From Nitrososphaeraceae archaeon (GTDB lineage: Archaea > Thermoproteota > Nitrososphaeria > Nitrososphaerales > Nitrososphaeraceae): DNA of 24,000 bases. Shown here one piece after another: positions 8,490 to 17,192 of this stretch; position 1 is the first letter of the stretch, and each line of letters opens with the position of its first letter. A program made the translations under genes and the position numbers. Below the pieces are notes generated by a model. That model was not told the origin of the DNA. It saw only the letters and a program-made list of their open reading frames with translations, and searched no databases. Location of the stretch: positions 1 through 24,000 of the forward strand of contig JAFAQB010000428.1 of assembly GCA_019246625.1 (NCBI GenBank), given 5' to 3'.

Positions 8490-8501
8490 TTTTTTATTAT
8501 A
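8490..8501 (+). promoter_or_regulatory. Candidate archaeal TATA box for aIF5A
   Basis: tttttattata is centred about 34 nt upstream of the TTG at 8530. That spacing would give a very short 5' UTR. This rests on sequence pattern only. Confidence 0.35.
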
Positions 8502-8529
8502 GTAACACAAAGATATTTTCTGATAAGTA

Positions 8530-8922
8530 TTGAGTAAGCCAATGGACCTTGGCAGCCTAAAAGTTGGCTCATATATTGTAATTGATGGAGAGCCTTGTAG
8601 AATAGTATCATATGATCATAGCAAACCTGGAAAACATGGTTCTGCTAAAGCTAGAGTGGCAGCAATAGGAGTTTTCGATAGTTCTAAACATAGTCTTGTT
8701 TCCCCAGTGTCATCAAATGTGGAGGTTCCTCTAATTGATAAGAGAAATGGTCAGGTCATATCAATTTCCGGCAAGACACTCCAAATAATGGATCTTGAGA
8801 CGTTTGAAGTTTTTGACACATCTTCAATAGAAGATGATATGAGAGATAAGCTTGTGCAGGGTGGAGAAGTAGAATATTGGAAGGTACTTGATAGAATAAA
8901 AATTGTGAGGGCTAAGGGTTAA
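8530..8922 (+). CDS. eif5a: Translation initiation factor 5A (aIF5A)
   Basis: The hypusine loop SKPGKHGSAKARV is present, with the modified Lys codon at 8632-8634, followed by a C-terminal OB-fold-like region. The start is TTG 8530 or ATG 8542. Confidence 0.93.
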   Translation: MSKPMDLGSLKVGSYIVIDGEPCRIVSYDHSKPGKHGSAKARVAAIGVFDSSKHSLVSPVSSNVEVPLIDKRNGQVISISGKTLQIMDLETFEVFDTSSIEDDMRDKLVQGGEVEYWKVLDRIKIVRAKG

Positions 8923-8940
8923 CCCTTTTTTATTTTTTTT
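8914..8940 (+). terminator. Hairpin plus T-tract terminator of aIF5A
   Basis: A perfect 14-nt palindrome aagggttaaccctt (8914-8927) contains the TAA stop (8920-8922). It runs directly into T6-A-T8 (8926-8940). Confidence 0.5.
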
Positions 8941-9135
8941 GTTCACTTGAATACTCTCAAAGCTATGACCAAAGGATAAATATTGTGGCTAGCTTAATTG
9001 CAAAGGTTCGATTTTTCTAGGAAACCTACTTTCAACTGCAGTATGCGTGGAAGACATTCTAATGGGGCGTGTATAGAAAGAATTATAATGTTCCATATCG
9101 AGTATGTTATTGTGAATAGCGTTAATAAGAGAACA

Positions 9136-9246
9136 ATGCCCATTTGTTTCACACCCTCTCAGCTAAAATTGGTAGAGCGGTATGCCAAGAAGAGATGCAT
9201 GCTTAACCTTAGCCAAGCTATCGAAGACATAATTAAAAACACCTAG
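9136..9246 (+). CDS. Candidate mini ribbon-helix-helix (CopG/Arc-like) protein, 36 aa
   Basis: MPICFTPSQLKLVERYAKKRCMLNLSQAIEDIIKNT fits a strand-helix-turn-helix RHH pattern. The upstream part of the 82-aa ORF (8998..) looks non-coding. No partner gene is present. Confidence 0.3.
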   Translation: MPICFTPSQLKLVERYAKKRCMLNLSQAIEDIIKNT

Positions 9247-9475
9247 GCCGAGGCCAAAGCTGGGAGACAGATATCTTGCTAAAACGATTTGACTCGCAGC
9301 TTGTTAAATGGTAGCTAAGTTATACAGTCTACAATTATGGAAATGGTGAAAAGCTAACCAGGGGATATCAATTTTTGTTAATTTTAAGCATTATATCTAG
9401 TTAAGATAGTGACGCCACAGCACAAATCTACTCTGGCAAATAATGATCTTTCAGTACAACTAGTCAAGATGTTTT

Positions 9476-11254
9476 TTATTCTTTGTCTCGGATGTGTTTG
9501 GGATTGTTTTGAGTTTCTTGCTGAACTGCATTAACTTCTTGACCCAGTATTTCTTTTTGTATTTGGTAGAAACGTTTTAAATCAATAGCATTATAATTTT
9601 CGGCCCATTTGAACTTGCGCCTCAGGGTAGCAGTGTATATGGTATTCCAGTCCAGATCGATGTGTAATAGCCAAGCTCTCATCACTCGTGGATCTATGTA
9701 GTTTCTTAAAGATGTCCCAAGGTTGTAATCCCGAGTTTCTTTCTGTAATTTGAGCTGCATCTCTCCTCTCTCTATCCTCTCTTCCATTCTTTTCTTCTGA
9801 ATCTCTTTCTTCCACTTCTTTTCAGCTATTGCTGTTCTTAATTCTTCAATTGTTTTTTGCTTTTTTTTAATGGATTCTTCAAATTGTTCTAATGATTTCT
9901 TGCTTGCAGGATTTTTTGGGTCAATACCTTTTTTATGATTGCATGTAATAGCAGCTTTCAAATTTGCCATCTTTGCAACATAAATTTTCTGTGCCTCTGA
10001 AGAACTCTTATCTATTCCTAATGGTGGATTTGCCAGAGATTCCTTTACTGTTTTAGTAGCAATATAAGTCCTGAATACCTTCGCGGTTAATCCTGGGACG
10101 TTTTTGGGATCTATACTACGCAAAAACGCATTTACTTTACCAGATGTTATCCCATCAAAAATATGATCTCCACCTTCCTTGCTACTCATAAACAATTTGA
10201 GGTTGTTGTAAAGCCCTTGTGTGTCATCAGAATTAACTTCAAGTGTTTTTTGCCAAGGAACGCTATCTTTCCCTAAGAAATTAAATTCAATATATCGCTT
10301 ACCACTATTATAAGGGAATTTAATGTGTTCTACTCGTAATGTTGAGGCACCTACAGTATCAGCTTCTTCAGGATCTTTTTCATCACCAACTCTCATTGCA
10401 AGTCTGAATATGAGGTAACACACAGTTGCAATTTTCTTCTGATTTATATCTCTAGTTTTTAGCATTCTATTGATGATTTCCTTTTGAACTTTTCCTATGT
10501 GTCTTTCGAGTTTTACCGCCTTGTCGTACTTTTCTTTATCATTACTCTGTCGGAGCGTAGATGAATCATGCAGCCATACGTATTTTCTTTTTCCAGTCAA
10601 TTTCTCAATCCATGTAGCAAGCCATGTAGACGAGTGATCATGAATAATATTTTGCCATGTTCCCTCCGGAACTGGAGCATCTTCTCCAAGATTAAGAGTA
10701 ACGTCCCGATGGGTCACACGTGGTTTCCATTTACCACGGAGTGGATGTTGGCCTCTTCCCATAAAAATTCCTGGTGGTTCAACTAACCAGTTTGCAATAT
10801 CTACCTCAACACCATCCACAATAGCTTTGCCATATACAGCTTTGAGTTTTTCTCTCTCTGCTCTTTTTTCTGACAATAGTTTCTTTTTCTCGTCACGTGG
10901 TAGATTACGAATTCTTTCTATTTCTCTCTCTTTGACCATCTTCTCTTGATCTAGGAGTGTGAAAGCTTCAGAGAAATCAATATCTTTGATGCTAAAAATA
11001 TTCTGGAATCTTTCTGGTAATAATTTTTTAAAATCAGTTAGAAAATTTGATTGGAAAACAACGTCTTGAATATAATGGGTATCCTTTTTCTTAGCCCAGG
11101 CATAAACTAATTCCTCCTGATCGCGATTAAGGATTAATCTTTCACCATATATACTAATAGCTATTCCTCTTGGCTGATATTCTGGCGGAAAAGCTATTCC
11201 ATTATGTTCAAGAGTATTCCATTTTGTTCGCAATATCGAAGTAGTAAACTCCAT
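9476..11254 (-). CDS. DNA topoisomerase IB, eukaryote-like
   Basis: Catalytic signatures line up with eukaryotic Topo I: LAMRVGDEKD, AKVFRTYIAT, ITCNHKKG and LGTSLRNYIDPRV (catalytic Tyr codon at 9699-9701). A charged coiled-coil-like linker (KKSLEQFEESIKKKQKTIEELRTAIAEKKWKKEIQKKRMEERIERGEMQLK) precedes the Tyr segment. Confidence 0.92.
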   Translation of the reverse strand: MEFTTSILRTKWNTLEHNGIAFPPEYQPRGIAISIYGERLILNRDQEELVYAWAKKKDTHYIQDVVFQSNFLTDFKKLLPERFQNIFSIKDIDFSEAFTLLDQEKMVKEREIERIRNLPRDEKKKLLSEKRAEREKLKAVYGKAIVDGVEVDIANWLVEPPGIFMGRGQHPLRGKWKPRVTHRDVTLNLGEDAPVPEGTWQNIIHDHSSTWLATWIEKLTGKRKYVWLHDSSTLRQSNDKEKYDKAVKLERHIGKVQKEIINRMLKTRDINQKKIATVCYLIFRLAMRVGDEKDPEEADTVGASTLRVEHIKFPYNSGKRYIEFNFLGKDSVPWQKTLEVNSDDTQGLYNNLKLFMSSKEGGDHIFDGITSGKVNAFLRSIDPKNVPGLTAKVFRTYIATKTVKESLANPPLGIDKSSSEAQKIYVAKMANLKAAITCNHKKGIDPKNPASKKSLEQFEESIKKKQKTIEELRTAIAEKKWKKEIQKKRMEERIERGEMQLKLQKETRDYNLGTSLRNYIDPRVMRAWLLHIDLDWNTIYTATLRRKFKWAENYNAIDLKRFYQIQKEILGQEVNAVQQETQNNPKHIRDKE

Positions 11255-11959
11255 CTGCCTTATACAAAGACGATCAACTACTATTCTTAAACCTTACCTA
11301 GAAATGTCTATTTAACTTCATTCAATAAAAAGTACCTTTGCAATTGAAAGTTGCATTAATGGTAGATAGTTCGATGGGTGATATAGGTTCTGAGACAGCT
11401 TTGATTATGGGTAGAAAGGGTTATTATACCGATTGAGTTCAAAATTTTCCATCCTCTAGATCTCATATTTATAAAAAGTATATCTATAGTGATTTCTCCT
11501 AATTTTGCAGTTAAAGGAATGCAAAATAGAATTGATTTATTTGTGAATAATACACACCTTATCTTATCCTTGGTTGTTTTGAAGGTGTTTGTATAAATGA
11601 AAGGAGATCACCTTAAAAATTGTATGCGATTGTCAGAAGTACAAAGATTTTATCAACTATACACAAACAGATAAGTGTATTTATGTCAATGTGGATTCTA
11701 TGACTGGCTTGCTGAATTTCCTGCTTTTATATTTGTCAGCTCTATTTACATTAATCGGGATGAGTCTATGGATTGAGCTGGAGGGAATTGGTATTCATGT
11801 ATATTAGTGAACCCGCATTATGTGATCTAGATATTTCTCTTTACTCTATGATATTATATGCTGAATGTAATAATTGACCATGTTCTATTCTTTGCCGATT
11901 TGTTGTTGCTACTAACGAAAAGTACAATTGTAGTTAGAAAGTATAAAATCTTAATTATA

Positions 11960-12502
11960 TCATGTTTGTAATTTTGATCTTGATATAATATAGAATCCGT
12001 GTGCAGAAATGAGGAATGCGGATAGAGTCATCTTTGTTGCAAACACCAAGTTCCATGGTGTCTGGGGATTTGGATATGGGACACTTATGCCATCCAACTT
12101 GTACACTCCTTTTACTGCATTGTCAGTCACAAAAGAATTCCAGAGAATAAAATTATACATGAATTCATACATTGCTATCACGGCAATAGCAAGGACGGCC
12201 AATTGCAAGATGGATTTAACTGATTTTGAAATGTTTTTCAGTTTATCTCCTGCAAGTTTGGTAACACAAAACCATGACAATACAGACACAATCATAAGGT
12301 ATGTTATGAGTTTCGCGAATCCATGAAATGGAAATTCTGTATTGACTAAGACGTCACCAATAATTATTCTACCGGTTTCAAGGTATTCCTCAGCACTTGC
12401 ATAAATTGCAAATAAACATATAGATAGCATGATTGTGGATGATAAGTAAAATACAGTAACGAAGACTTTCCTAGCACTTAATTCATCATTTTTAGAACTC
12501 AT
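11960..12502 (-). CDS. Integral membrane protein, about four TM helices, unknown function
   Basis: A 180-aa ORF with an ATG start and hydrophobic segments (VFVTVFYLSSTIMLSICLFAIYA, LITYLMIVSVLSWFCV, ILQLAVLAIAVIAMYEFMYNFIL, MTLSAFLISAHGFYII). I recognise no motif. Confidence 0.6.
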   Translation of the reverse strand: MSSKNDELSARKVFVTVFYLSSTIMLSICLFAIYASAEEYLETGRIIIGDVLVNTEFPFHGFAKLITYLMIVSVLSWFCVTKLAGDKLKNISKSVKSILQLAVLAIAVIAMYEFMYNFILWNSFVTDNAVKGVYKLDGISVPYPNPQTPWNLVFATKMTLSAFLISAHGFYIISRSKLQT

Positions 12503-13226
12503 CTTGCATGCTATACAGATATTGACAAGAGATGGTCGTAATATAAAAATTATTCACATACGTTATCTTTTGTATTCATTCAATGTGTGATGTGATTTAA
12601 GAAGAAAGTTCACTTTAATAAGATAAGTGGTGAAGTTCATCTTATTTCAGACGGAATCAGGTTAATTTATACTCCACAAACGTAACAAAAAATTTACTCT
12701 TTTCGAGGCCCCAAAATGCCTCTCGGGTATTCATATTAGTGCTCATCGAATTTGGTAGTATCTGTATAGGTAAAATACTCAATATAAACGAGAACAAATT
12801 TAATTTGACAGTATAGCCAATCATCAATGAGTATGTATGAAAATGCAAGAATATGATTCGCACTCCCATATTCATACTGCCTTCCACATCCATAATTGTA
12901 GGAGCAATGTCTTTTGTTTATTTGTTGTCTCAAAAGTACTGTTATTACTTTTATCAGCAAAATCTAATGGCAACAATATAAAAATCACAATAAAGGAGTT
13001 AAACAATGATTATCGGCTTTTATGCCACTTTAATCTATATCTTATTAACTATAGAATGATCCTGATAATAAAATTTTATCCTTGGTTACTCAACCTTTCA
13101 AAGCAAATAAATGGGATGTTTGGAAGATATTTGTCATACTTTCTAAATCGATTTTAGCCGAAATCTGACTTCTTGCAATCAATACGCAATAGAACTATAA
13201 AATAGGTTGGATATTATATTTTCACC

Positions 13227-13676
13227 ATGAGTAAGCATACAAATCCAGTTCCTACCATTGATGTTGTTCTTCAACAGGGTTCTGATATACTATTAATAAA
13301 AAGGAAAAACCCTCCCTTCAAAGACCATCTTGCATTGCCTGGTGGTTTTGTAATTAAAGGGGAAAGTGTTGAAGACGCAGCAAAACGCAAAGCATTAGAG
13401 GAAACATCACTAGAGATAGAACCTATTGATATCTTGGGAGTATATTCGGATCCCAAACGAGTTCCAAGAACACATACTATGACGGTTGTGTTTGTAGGGA
13501 TAATTCTGAATAATCTTGCGATCGCTTCTAACGATACAGTTGAATGGGTACCTTTAGATGGACTTCAAAAGAAGAATCTTGCATTTGATTATAAGCAGAT
13601 ACTTTCTGATTACAGTGAATGGAGAAGATCAGGGGGAACTTTTTGGTCATTTAAAAGGAGGACACTGCCTCGATAA
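13227..13676 (+). CDS. NUDIX hydrolase
   Basis: The Nudix box is GGFVIKGESVEDAAKRKALEETSLEI, matching GX5EX7R-x-UXEEXxU with minor deviations. It is 149 aa with an ATG start. Confidence 0.85.
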   Translation: MSKHTNPVPTIDVVLQQGSDILLIKRKNPPFKDHLALPGGFVIKGESVEDAAKRKALEETSLEIEPIDILGVYSDPKRVPRTHTMTVVFVGIILNNLAIASNDTVEWVPLDGLQKKNLAFDYKQILSDYSEWRRSGGTFWSFKRRTLPR

Positions 13677-13856
13677 AGGTATTCTTGATAGATTTCTAGA
13701 CTTAAGAATTGAGTATTAGCAATCTTCATCCCAACTATCCAACTAAACGAACAGGATTAGAAACCAAGTATATCCTAAGTTAAGGGTACAGAACCATTAA
13801 AACGCCAGACAATAAACATGAGTATCATAAATCATCTATAGACGAATGAATGACAT

Positions 13857-14240
13857 GTGAGGGAAGAATTTATTAAAAAATTTATCTGTAATAAATTTCA
13901 TTCATTACTTTGGACATTGATCTCGTACTTTAACTTTCCTGTATTTGAAACTACTGACATTAAGGAAGTTTCAGATATTCGTAATGCTGTTGATAGAATG
14001 GTGGAAGCCTATGAATACCTCAATAAAAGTGCGAATTTCAGCTATCGACTATTGCTTCCTAAAGGAGAAAAAACAAATGACAAGGCTAGAAAAATTGGAT
14101 TTATGGTTCAAGCCGAATTTTTATTGGCACTAAAAAAGAAACAATTAAAGATAAATGTCAGGGAAATTAGATATATGCATGACGAAACTCATTATGGATG
14201 GATTCTTGCTAATCCAGAAATACTCGGCGCATTGCGTTAG
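13857..14240 (+). CDS. Hypothetical protein, 127 aa (GTG start; alternative ATG at 13998)
   Basis: The ORF has coding-like composition and converges on the PAP2 gene. I recognise no motif. Confidence 0.4.
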   Translation: MREEFIKKFICNKFHSLLWTLISYFNFPVFETTDIKEVSDIRNAVDRMVEAYEYLNKSANFSYRLLLPKGEKTNDKARKIGFMVQAEFLLALKKKQLKINVREIRYMHDETHYGWILANPEILGALR

Positions 14241-14329
14241 TGCCCAACAATTATTGGTGACAGTGGGAAGAAAATATCTGTATTATATCCTTTTATATGC
14301 TCGTTTGACTGTTGATCAGATCGATTCGT

Positions 14330-15046
14330 TCATTTAGTTTTCATTGTATCTTCTTTTCCTTTAAATCTAGACATTAAGAATGGTTTATCTAATCCCATTA
14401 TGTTGCTCAGGGTTATTGAAACGATTAAGCCCAATATAAAACCAGATAGGATATCTGTAAGATAATGTTGCAATATATACAATTTAGTAAGCGCAATAAT
14501 TATGGGAAATGACCAAATCAGTAGTCCAGCTATCCGTGACTTTCGGTTTAATCCAAAGCCAACGATGAACGCAAATGCAGTTGCAATTGCGATATGATTA
14601 GAGGGATACGAGAGGTCACGTGAAGGTGGTACTAAACTATCATCTTCCAATACAAAATGATTTGGCAACTGTAGAGATGGCTTAAATCTATATGGTGGTA
14701 TTGGTCTCCCAATTAAAGGTTTAATATATAATACCAAAATTGCAATAACAACAATTGCAACTAAAAAAATCATACCTATTTTTCGGGTTCGACGAACAAA
14801 AGTTAGAATAGTGGCGACAATGACCAAACTAAAAACGTCTCCAAATGATGTAATTATCATCATAATAGCATCTATACTTCCAGTCGTTTGTATAGACTTG
14901 AAATATCTAGTTATAAAATTGTCAAAACATGAGGTTAGATGTAAAGCAACCATTGTAGTAAGCATCACAAAGATGATTACCAATACCATTAATTGCATAG
15001 ATCTTATCTGTATTATCCACGTTGGCCATAGACTAGATAATGACAA
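14330..15046 (-). CDS. PAP2-superfamily membrane phosphatase (phosphatidate / polyprenyl-diphosphate phosphatase type)
   Basis: The protein is multi-TM with PAP2 motifs: KPLIGRP (C1-like), YPSNH (C2, PSGH-like) and LQHYLTDILSG (C3, H-x3-D). The longest ORF starts at TTG 15046; internal ATGs are at 14998 and 14989. Confidence 0.75.
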   Translation of the reverse strand: MSLSSLWPTWIIQIRSMQLMVLVIIFVMLTTMVALHLTSCFDNFITRYFKSIQTTGSIDAIMMIITSFGDVFSLVIVATILTFVRRTRKIGMIFLVAIVVIAILVLYIKPLIGRPIPPYRFKPSLQLPNHFVLEDDSLVPPSRDLSYPSNHIAIATAFAFIVGFGLNRKSRIAGLLIWSFPIIIALTKLYILQHYLTDILSGFILGLIVSITLSNIMGLDKPFLMSRFKGKEDTMKTK

Positions 15047-15510
15047 TAACTGGTCCTAACGAATAATGTGTTTTATATGTTGTGTGTGGTCATTAGATCT
15101 GCTCGATCGACATATGATGTAGAGACATCGATTAAAAGATATTTGCCCTGCTAAAAATTATTATAAACTATTACTGATCATCTCCTGCTTATAATATAGT
15201 CATATTCGAGATGCATTCTTTCATCTTGGCTGTTATGAGCATAGGAGTAATGCAGATCCTGAACAATTTCAAATCATCCAAATTAATATATATATTTATT
15301 AGCAAATACAGCCTGATGGGCGTGTGTAACATAAGACAACGACAGTATTTTATTTTCCCAGTTGTCCGTGTACATGATGACTCAACTCATTCCTTAGTTA
15401 AGTTGTATAAATTGTACGAAATTTGCCAGACATTATTAGTGATGGTCAGCACAAAAATGGTCATTTTAACATTCTACTAGCAATGAGGAGAAATTTGACT
15501 TCTTTTAGTT

Positions 15511-15939
15511 TTAGTAAAGCTTGGTATCATCACTCAATTTCATTGCTGATGGTGGGTCTTTATCTGCATAATATTTGATCATGCCTAATTTCAGAACTTT
15601 CAGTGACAATAATGCACATTTTATTCTTGCTGGCCCCAAGTTTATCAGCCCAATGTTTTCCAAAATATCTTCCTTTGTAAGATCTTTGACGGTGTTCAGG
15701 GATTTACCCATTATCATTTCAGTTAACATGGATGCACTTGCCTGGCTAATTGCACAACCTCGTCCCTCAAATTTTATATCTTTAATTTTATCTTCTTCAA
15801 CCTTTAAATGAATATCAATTTCGTCACCGCAAAGTGGGTTATTGTCATGTATACTTACATCTGCATTTGATAATTTGCCTTTATTTCTAGGATTTCTATA
15901 ATGATCAAGAATAATTTCTCGATATATATCATCGCTCAA
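15511..15939 (-). CDS. sufU: SufU/NifU-N-type Fe-S assembly sulfur-transfer/scaffold protein
   Basis: Motifs are NPLCGDEIDIHL, GRGCAISQASASMLTE and ARIKCALLSL. The TTG start overlaps the sufS stop as TTGA (15936-15939). Confidence 0.88.
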   Translation of the reverse strand: MSDDIYREIILDHYRNPRNKGKLSNADVSIHDNNPLCGDEIDIHLKVEEDKIKDIKFEGRGCAISQASASMLTEMIMGKSLNTVKDLTKEDILENIGLINLGPARIKCALLSLKVLKLGMIKYYADKDPPSAMKLSDDTKLY

Positions 15940-17180
15940 ATCCTAAACAGCCTCCTTGCTTCATCGAGTGCATTTATGAACGCATCAACTTCTTCTTTTG
16001 TATTATAGATATAAAAACTTGCACGAGAGGTTGCAGCTACATCCAATCTTTCCATAAGTACCTGCGCACAATGATGTCCAGAACGAATTGCAATTCCATG
16101 ATCATTCATTATAGTAGCAAGGTCATGTGGATGAATATCGCCAATATTAAATGATACCACGCCGCCTCTGTTATTTACATCAGAAGGACCGTAAATGATT
16201 ATACCCTTAAGATCATGAATAGCATTGATAGCATAATTTGTAACATCCATTTCATGTTCCCGAACCTTATCCATACCGATTTTGTTAAGATAATCTATAG
16301 CGGCTCCAAAAGCGATCACATCTGCAATGTTTGGAGTGCCACCCTCAAACTTGTATGGCAGGTCGTTATATCTTGTATCATATTTGTGAACTTCTCTTAT
16401 CATATCCCCACCTCCTATAAACGGAGGCATTTCATTAAGTATTTCTCTTTTGACATATAGAACACCTACCCCAGTTGGTCCTAGCATTTTATGGGCAGAA
16501 AATGCCAGAAAGTCACAATCTATATCTCGTACGTCCACTGGCATATGGGGGACAGATTGAGCTCCATCTATCAATACAGGGATACTTTTCTGGTGAGCCA
16601 TTTTTATAATTTCCTTTACAGGCATTATGGTTCCTAGTACATTTGACATGTGGCTTACGGAAACTAACTTAACTTTGTCTCTTTGAATGTATTTCTTGTA
16701 CTCTTCAATGTTCAGATATCCTTTGTCATCAATGCCAACATACTCCAATTTGGCTCCTTTTTCCTGTGTAAGGATTTGCCAAGGGACAATATTGCTATGG
16801 TGTTCTATCTCAGTAAGGACAACCTTTTCATCTTTCTCAACATTTGTACGAGCCCATGAATATGATACCAAATTAATCGCTTCAGTGGCATTGCGCGTAA
16901 AAATTATTTCATCGGTAGAATGAGCGTTGATAAATTTAGCAATCTTTTCCCTTGTTTTTTCATATTCAAGAGTAGCTTCTTCTGCCAACTGATAAACTGC
17001 TCTATGAATGTTTGAATTGTAATTCATATAATAATTACAGATCGCATTAATTACGGGAATTGGCTTTTGAGTAGTTGCAGCATTATCAAGATACACAAGA
17101 GTTTTGTTCCCCTTAATCTTGCGCTTCAATATTGGAAAATCTTGCCGGATTCTGGAAACATTAAGAGTAGCCTTTTGCAT
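15936..17180 (-). CDS. sufS: Cysteine desulfurase, SufS type (class V aminotransferase fold)
   Basis: The PLP-lysine motif is SAHKMLGPTGVG and the catalytic Cys loop is RSGHHCAQ. It is 414 aa with an ATG start. Confidence 0.92.
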   Translation of the reverse strand: MQKATLNVSRIRQDFPILKRKIKGNKTLVYLDNAATTQKPIPVINAICNYYMNYNSNIHRAVYQLAEEATLEYEKTREKIAKFINAHSTDEIIFTRNATEAINLVSYSWARTNVEKDEKVVLTEIEHHSNIVPWQILTQEKGAKLEYVGIDDKGYLNIEEYKKYIQRDKVKLVSVSHMSNVLGTIMPVKEIIKMAHQKSIPVLIDGAQSVPHMPVDVRDIDCDFLAFSAHKMLGPTGVGVLYVKREILNEMPPFIGGGDMIREVHKYDTRYNDLPYKFEGGTPNIADVIAFGAAIDYLNKIGMDKVREHEMDVTNYAINAIHDLKGIIIYGPSDVNNRGGVVSFNIGDIHPHDLATIMNDHGIAIRSGHHCAQVLMERLDVAATSRASFYIYNTKEEVDAFINALDEARRLFRI

Positions 17181-17192
17181 TGTTATTATAAT

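Noticed and set aside
12657-13157. Three overlapping ORFs of 74-106 aa in the AT-rich spacer.
   Set aside because: They are mutually overlapping on both strands, non-protein-like in composition and without motifs. I treat them as random ORFs in AT-rich DNA.
15373-15379. A perfect C-box heptamer (atgatga) in the PAP2/suf spacer could be the start of a C/D-box sRNA.
   Set aside because: No CTGA D box or D' box occurs within the next ~90 nt, and only a degenerate tgatgg follows.
15211-15480. An 89-aa ORF in the spacer between PAP2 and sufU.
   Set aside because: The sequence is low-complexity and AT-driven (Ile/Leu/Tyr/Lys-rich) with no motif. It lies in a promoter/terminator region of flanking minus-strand genes, so it is likely spurious.
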